A DNA stretch of 64,000 nt from positions 33,185-97,184 of the forward strand of contig CAYXYU010000003.1 of the NCBI GenBank assembly GCA_964469525.1, read 5' to 3'. A model generated the notes under the pieces. It saw only the letters and a list, made by a program, of their open reading frames with translations, did no database searches and was not told where the DNA came from. Every line of letters begins with the position of its first letter. Within the stretch, counting starts at the first letter, position 1. Source of the stretch: an uncultured Rickettsiales bacterium. GTDB taxonomy: Bacteria > Pseudomonadota > Alphaproteobacteria > Rickettsiales > SXRF01. Both the position numbers and the translations under genes were made by a program. This document shows positions 61,005-64,000 of this stretch, piece after piece.

Positions 61005-61541
61005 ATGCACAATAAAAACCTTACCCTTGCCCTGAACCTTGCCGCGCTGGTGGCGGGTATGCTGATGCTGGCTTTCGCGTCGGTACCGCTGTACCGGCTG
61101 TTCTGCGAGGTGACCGGTTTCGGGGGTACCACCCGGCAGGCAGCCAGTGCTCCCGGACGTGTCTTCGACCGCGAGATGAGCATCGAATTCAATGCCGATA
61201 CCGACCCGGCGCTCCCGTGGAAATTCGCGCCGGGGGAGCGGCGCCTCCGCATCAGGGTGGGGGAGCAGGCGGTGACGCACTATGTGGCGGAGAATCTGAC
61301 CGAGCAGCCGATCACCGGCCATGCCGTTTACAACGTGGTGCCGTTCGCGGCGGGAAGATATTTCACCAAGATAGATTGTTTTTGTTTTTCCGAACAGACG
61401 CTTGGCCCACGCCAGCGCGTCAATATGCCGGTGCTGTTCTACCTCGACCCGGCAATCATGAACGATCCGAACATGAAGGACGTCAAAACAATTACGTTGT
61501 CTTACACGTTTTTTGCGATAGAAAAAAGTGCTGGTGACTAG
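61005..61541 (+). CDS. ctaG: Cytochrome c oxidase assembly protein CtaG/Cox11
   Basis: FASVPLYRLFCEVTGFGG and YFTKIDCFCF. Confidence 0.95.
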   Translation: MHNKNLTLALNLAALVAGMLMLAFASVPLYRLFCEVTGFGGTTRQAASAPGRVFDREMSIEFNADTDPALPWKFAPGERRLRIRVGEQAVTHYVAENLTEQPITGHAVYNVVPFAAGRYFTKIDCFCFSEQTLGPRQRVNMPVLFYLDPAIMNDPNMKDVKTITLSYTFFAIEKSAGD

Positions 61542-61593
61542 TGCTGGTGACTAGTGTATTTTTCACCAGCCACCAGCACTAGTCACCAGCACT
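61527..61593. repeat. Perfect 23-bp inverted repeat of 13-mer tandem units
   Basis: agtgctggtgactagtgctggtg (61527-61549) pairs with caccagcactagtcaccagcact (61571-61593). Confidence 0.9.
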
Positions 61594-61606
61594 CTAAGGA
61601 GAAATC

Positions 61607-62560
61607 ATGTCCCACCAGACTCACCCCTACCATCTCGTCAACCCCAGCCCGTGGCCGGCCCTGGCGTCGCTGGCGCTGCTGCTGCTGACACTCGGCATGG
61701 CGATGTACATGCATGAATACACGCTTGGCGCTTTCATCGCGGCGGCGGGCTTCGCGCTGGTGCTCTACACCATGTATGTCTGGTGGCGCGACGTCATCCA
61801 TGAGTCACGCGTCGACAAGGCGCATACCAAGGAGGTCAGCCGCGGCCTGCGCATCGGCATGGCGTTATTCATCACCTCGGAAGTACTGTTCTTCGCTGCC
61901 TTCTTCTGGGCGTTTTTCGACGCCAGCATCATCGCCCGCCAGCCGGTCACTGAAATCTGGGACGTCGAACCCGGCGCCTGGCCGCCCGAGGGCATCCATC
62001 CCTTCGATCCCTTCCACCTGCCGTTCTTCAATACGCTGATCCTGCTGCTCTCCGGCTCGACCGTGACCTGGGCGCATTACGCCATCCTCACGAACAACCG
62101 CAAGGACACCATCAAGGCGCTGTGGTACACGGTGATCCTCGGCATCCTCTTCACCGCCTGCCAGGCCTATGAATACACCCACGCCGCCTTCGGCTTCACC
62201 GACGGCATTTATGCCTCCACCTTTTACATGGCGACTGGCTTCCACGGCTTCCATGTCATCGTCGGCACCATTTTCCTTGCCGTGTGTCTGAAGCGCGCCT
62301 ACGCAGGACATTTCACGCCGGAGAAGCATCTGGGGTTCGAATTCGCCGCCTGGTACTGGCATTTCGTCGACGTGGTGTGGCTGTTCCTGTTCGTGTTCGT
62401 GTATGGCGACCTGGCCAACCGGCTGATTCCCGCCTTCGAAACGATTTTCACCGGCCGCAACCTGCTGATCCTGTTCGTACTGTCGCTGATCGGCTCGGCG
62501 TATGGCGTCTGGAAGCTGATCCATAGCCGTGCTTTCGATAAGATCGCGCATTATCATTGA
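61607..62560 (+). CDS. coxC: Cytochrome c oxidase subunit III with a C-terminal extension
   Basis: HPYHLVNPSPWP, FYMATGFHGFHV and AWYWHFVDVVW. Confidence 0.96.
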   Translation: MSHQTHPYHLVNPSPWPALASLALLLLTLGMAMYMHEYTLGAFIAAAGFALVLYTMYVWWRDVIHESRVDKAHTKEVSRGLRIGMALFITSEVLFFAAFFWAFFDASIIARQPVTEIWDVEPGAWPPEGIHPFDPFHLPFFNTLILLLSGSTVTWAHYAILTNNRKDTIKALWYTVILGILFTACQAYEYTHAAFGFTDGIYASTFYMATGFHGFHVIVGTIFLAVCLKRAYAGHFTPEKHLGFEFAAWYWHFVDVVWLFLFVFVYGDLANRLIPAFETIFTGRNLLILFVLSLIGSAYGVWKLIHSRAFDKIAHYH

Positions 62561-62566
62561 AACATT

Positions 62567-62659
62567 CCCTCCCCCGTAGGGAAGGGTTAGGGTGGGGGCA
62601 TCGTTGGCGAGGACTGAGCAAATTATGCCCCCCTCCCAGCCTCCCGGCGGGGAGAGGGG
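62567..62659. repeat. CCCTCCCC-type compound palindrome overlapping the DUF983 start
   Basis: ccctccccc-gta-gggaagggttagggtgggggca ... tgcccccctcccagcctccc...ggggagaggg. Confidence 0.7.
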
Positions 62660-62981
62660 AATATTCCGCTGCCCTCGCTGCGGACAAGGCAAGCTCTATA
62701 AAGGCCTGCTTGAGATGAACGATAGCTGCAGCGCCTGCGGCCTGGCGCTCTCGGCGCGCGAAGCCGGCGACGGCCCGGCCTTCTTTGCCATACTGTTCAT
62801 AGGCGCGATCAGCGCCATCGGCGCTGCCGTGGTCGAAATCAAGTACGCACCGCCCTTCTGGCTGCATGCCGTCATCTGGATACCGTTTGTGATTATCGGT
62901 ACAGTGCTGGGACTCCGCTTCCTAAAAGCGGCGCTGGTAGCAGCGCAGTACCGGGTGCGGCGGGAGGATTTTACGAAGTAA
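62625..62981 (+). CDS. DUF983 family protein
   Basis: RCPRCGQGKLY...CSACG...GDGPAFF...PPFWLH...KAALVAAQY. Confidence 0.88.
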   Translation: MPPSQPPGGERGIFRCPRCGQGKLYKGLLEMNDSCSACGLALSAREAGDGPAFFAILFIGAISAIGAAVVEIKYAPPFWLHAVIWIPFVIIGTVLGLRFLKAALVAAQYRVRREDFTK

Positions 62982-62982
62982 A

Positions 62983-63010
62983 TGTCATTCCCGCGAAGGC
63001 GGGAATCCAG
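62983..63010 (+). repeat. Family III REP-like unit, forward
   Basis: TGTC-ATTCCCGC-gaag-GCGGGAAT-CCAG. Confidence 0.9.
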
Positions 63011-63013
63011 TCC

Positions 63014-63835
63014 TTATGAGAGACGAAAATTTAATTCCCGCAGAGCCATTGTTTCCATCAGACTTTCTTCTGAATCAAACAATGAAAAAGCATTTAAATT
63101 GTAATCATCAAGTATTTTTAGAACTTTTGTGCGCTCGTTCCATGGAATAACAAATTTCCAGCAAATATCTTGATTGGATTTATTGCGACAAAGAACTTCA
63201 TCATGAGAAACAAAGTACCATTCTTTGTTTTTAAAGAGAGTGCAAATTGTATAACTGCCCTGTTGAAGAAAATGTCTTCTATGCCTCTTTGAGTAGGGTC
63301 CCCAACCAGTAATACGCGCTTCATTTCCTGACCATGTTTTGCCCCCTTCCCAATATTCACAAAATACATATATGGCGACCTTATCTTCTTTGGGTGATAC
63401 GGGGGATCTAAATGCAAAATACGCTGCTACGTAAGGAGATTTTGACCAGTCAAGTAATGGGGAAGGAAATCCGTGATGCCGCAGATAAATCAGATAACTA
63501 TATGCATCATGTCCCCATTTTTTCGTAACATATCCATCAGAATCAGCAGCTTGTTTATGGAACTCCTCTCGTGTAGGTAAGTGCCATCTCTTTCCGGTAA
63601 ATTCTTCTATTTGATCCTGCACCCTTGAAATCAAACCGTAATATCCAGAGAATGAGACATCCTGACTTGTATTTCGTTCGAGGGTTGTAATTAATGGAAA
63701 ATTGGCATTACTGTGTCCACGAAACAGTAAATTCGACACTGATTTCTTTTCCTCGGCAAGTTTATTACGCTGTGTGCGAAGTTCTGCCAACTTCGTCTCG
63801 AATTCTTCCCAATTCTTACAATCTATTTGTTCCAA
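63014..63835 (-). CDS. FRG domain protein
   Basis: LLFRGH...TTLER and LRHHGFPSPLLDWSKSPYVAAYFA; TTG start after GGAG; markedly AT-rich. Confidence 0.9.
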   Translation of the reverse strand: MEQIDCKNWEEFETKLAELRTQRNKLAEEKKSVSNLLFRGHSNANFPLITTLERNTSQDVSFSGYYGLISRVQDQIEEFTGKRWHLPTREEFHKQAADSDGYVTKKWGHDAYSYLIYLRHHGFPSPLLDWSKSPYVAAYFAFRSPVSPKEDKVAIYVFCEYWEGGKTWSGNEARITGWGPYSKRHRRHFLQQGSYTICTLFKNKEWYFVSHDEVLCRNKSNQDICWKFVIPWNERTKVLKILDDYNLNAFSLFDSEESLMETMALRELNFRLS

Positions 63836-63859
63836 TCTGGTTCTCCAGATTATGATGTA

Positions 63860-63923
63860 CTGGATTCCCGCCTGCGCGGGAATGACGAAGGAACCCGGAC
63901 CCCGCAACAAGTGCGGGGATGAG
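63860..63923 (-). repeat. Two family III REP-like units, reverse
   Basis: CTGG-ATTCCCGC-ctgc-GCGGGAAT-GACG (63860-63887) and ccgg-acccc-gc-aacaagt-gc-ggggat-gagg (63895-63923). Confidence 0.85.
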
Positions 63924-63925
63924 GT

Positions 63926-64000
63926 TTACGCCTTCTTCTTCCCCTTGCCGTTGATCTTGGTCACCTTGCCCTGCTGTTCGGTAATGGCGTGCATGGCGGC
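63926..64000 (-). CDS. 3' end of an unidentified gene (truncated by the window)
   Basis: Reads AAMHAITEQQGKVTKINGKGKKKA-stop. Confidence 0.45.
   Translation of the reverse strand, partial: AAMHAITEQQGKVTKINGKGKKKA

Overview
High-GC alphaproteobacterial chromosome segment. A DUF2671-like gene, a CtrA box and sigma54 flagellar promoters, together with amino-acid biosynthesis and sulfate uptake genes, suggest a motile, biosynthetically competent Rickettsiales-related lineage (inference). Gene content in order: serB/miaA; ilvBNC and leuA; mreBCD-mrdA; dksA; an 18.6 kb flagellar cluster (fliX, flgIJNKL, fliW, fliB, fliC, flaG, fliDSK, flgDE); usg; tRNA-Lys(CUU); an ALDH/AstE-like/astB trio; SDR, LOG and O-methyltransferase genes; recJ; cysTWA; pgsA; ilvE; pgeF-NDUFAF7-lgt; tldD; an aa3-type cytochrome c oxidase cluster; and an FRG-domain gene. 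There is no CRISPR array, integrase or classical transposase. The most notable non-annotated structure is a set of CGTC/TGTC-tagged palindromic repeats with compensatory stem changes. Two inverted doublets bracket a small stand-alone GIY-YIG nuclease gene, and one inverted pair tightly brackets an AT-rich FRG gene. Also seen: a 10-unit helically phased GTTT tract, inverted 7-8-mer tandem repeats, AT-rich orphan genes interleaved in core operons, and a shared insert domain in FlgE and FlgK. All family assignments come from motif recognition by eye; no database search was run.
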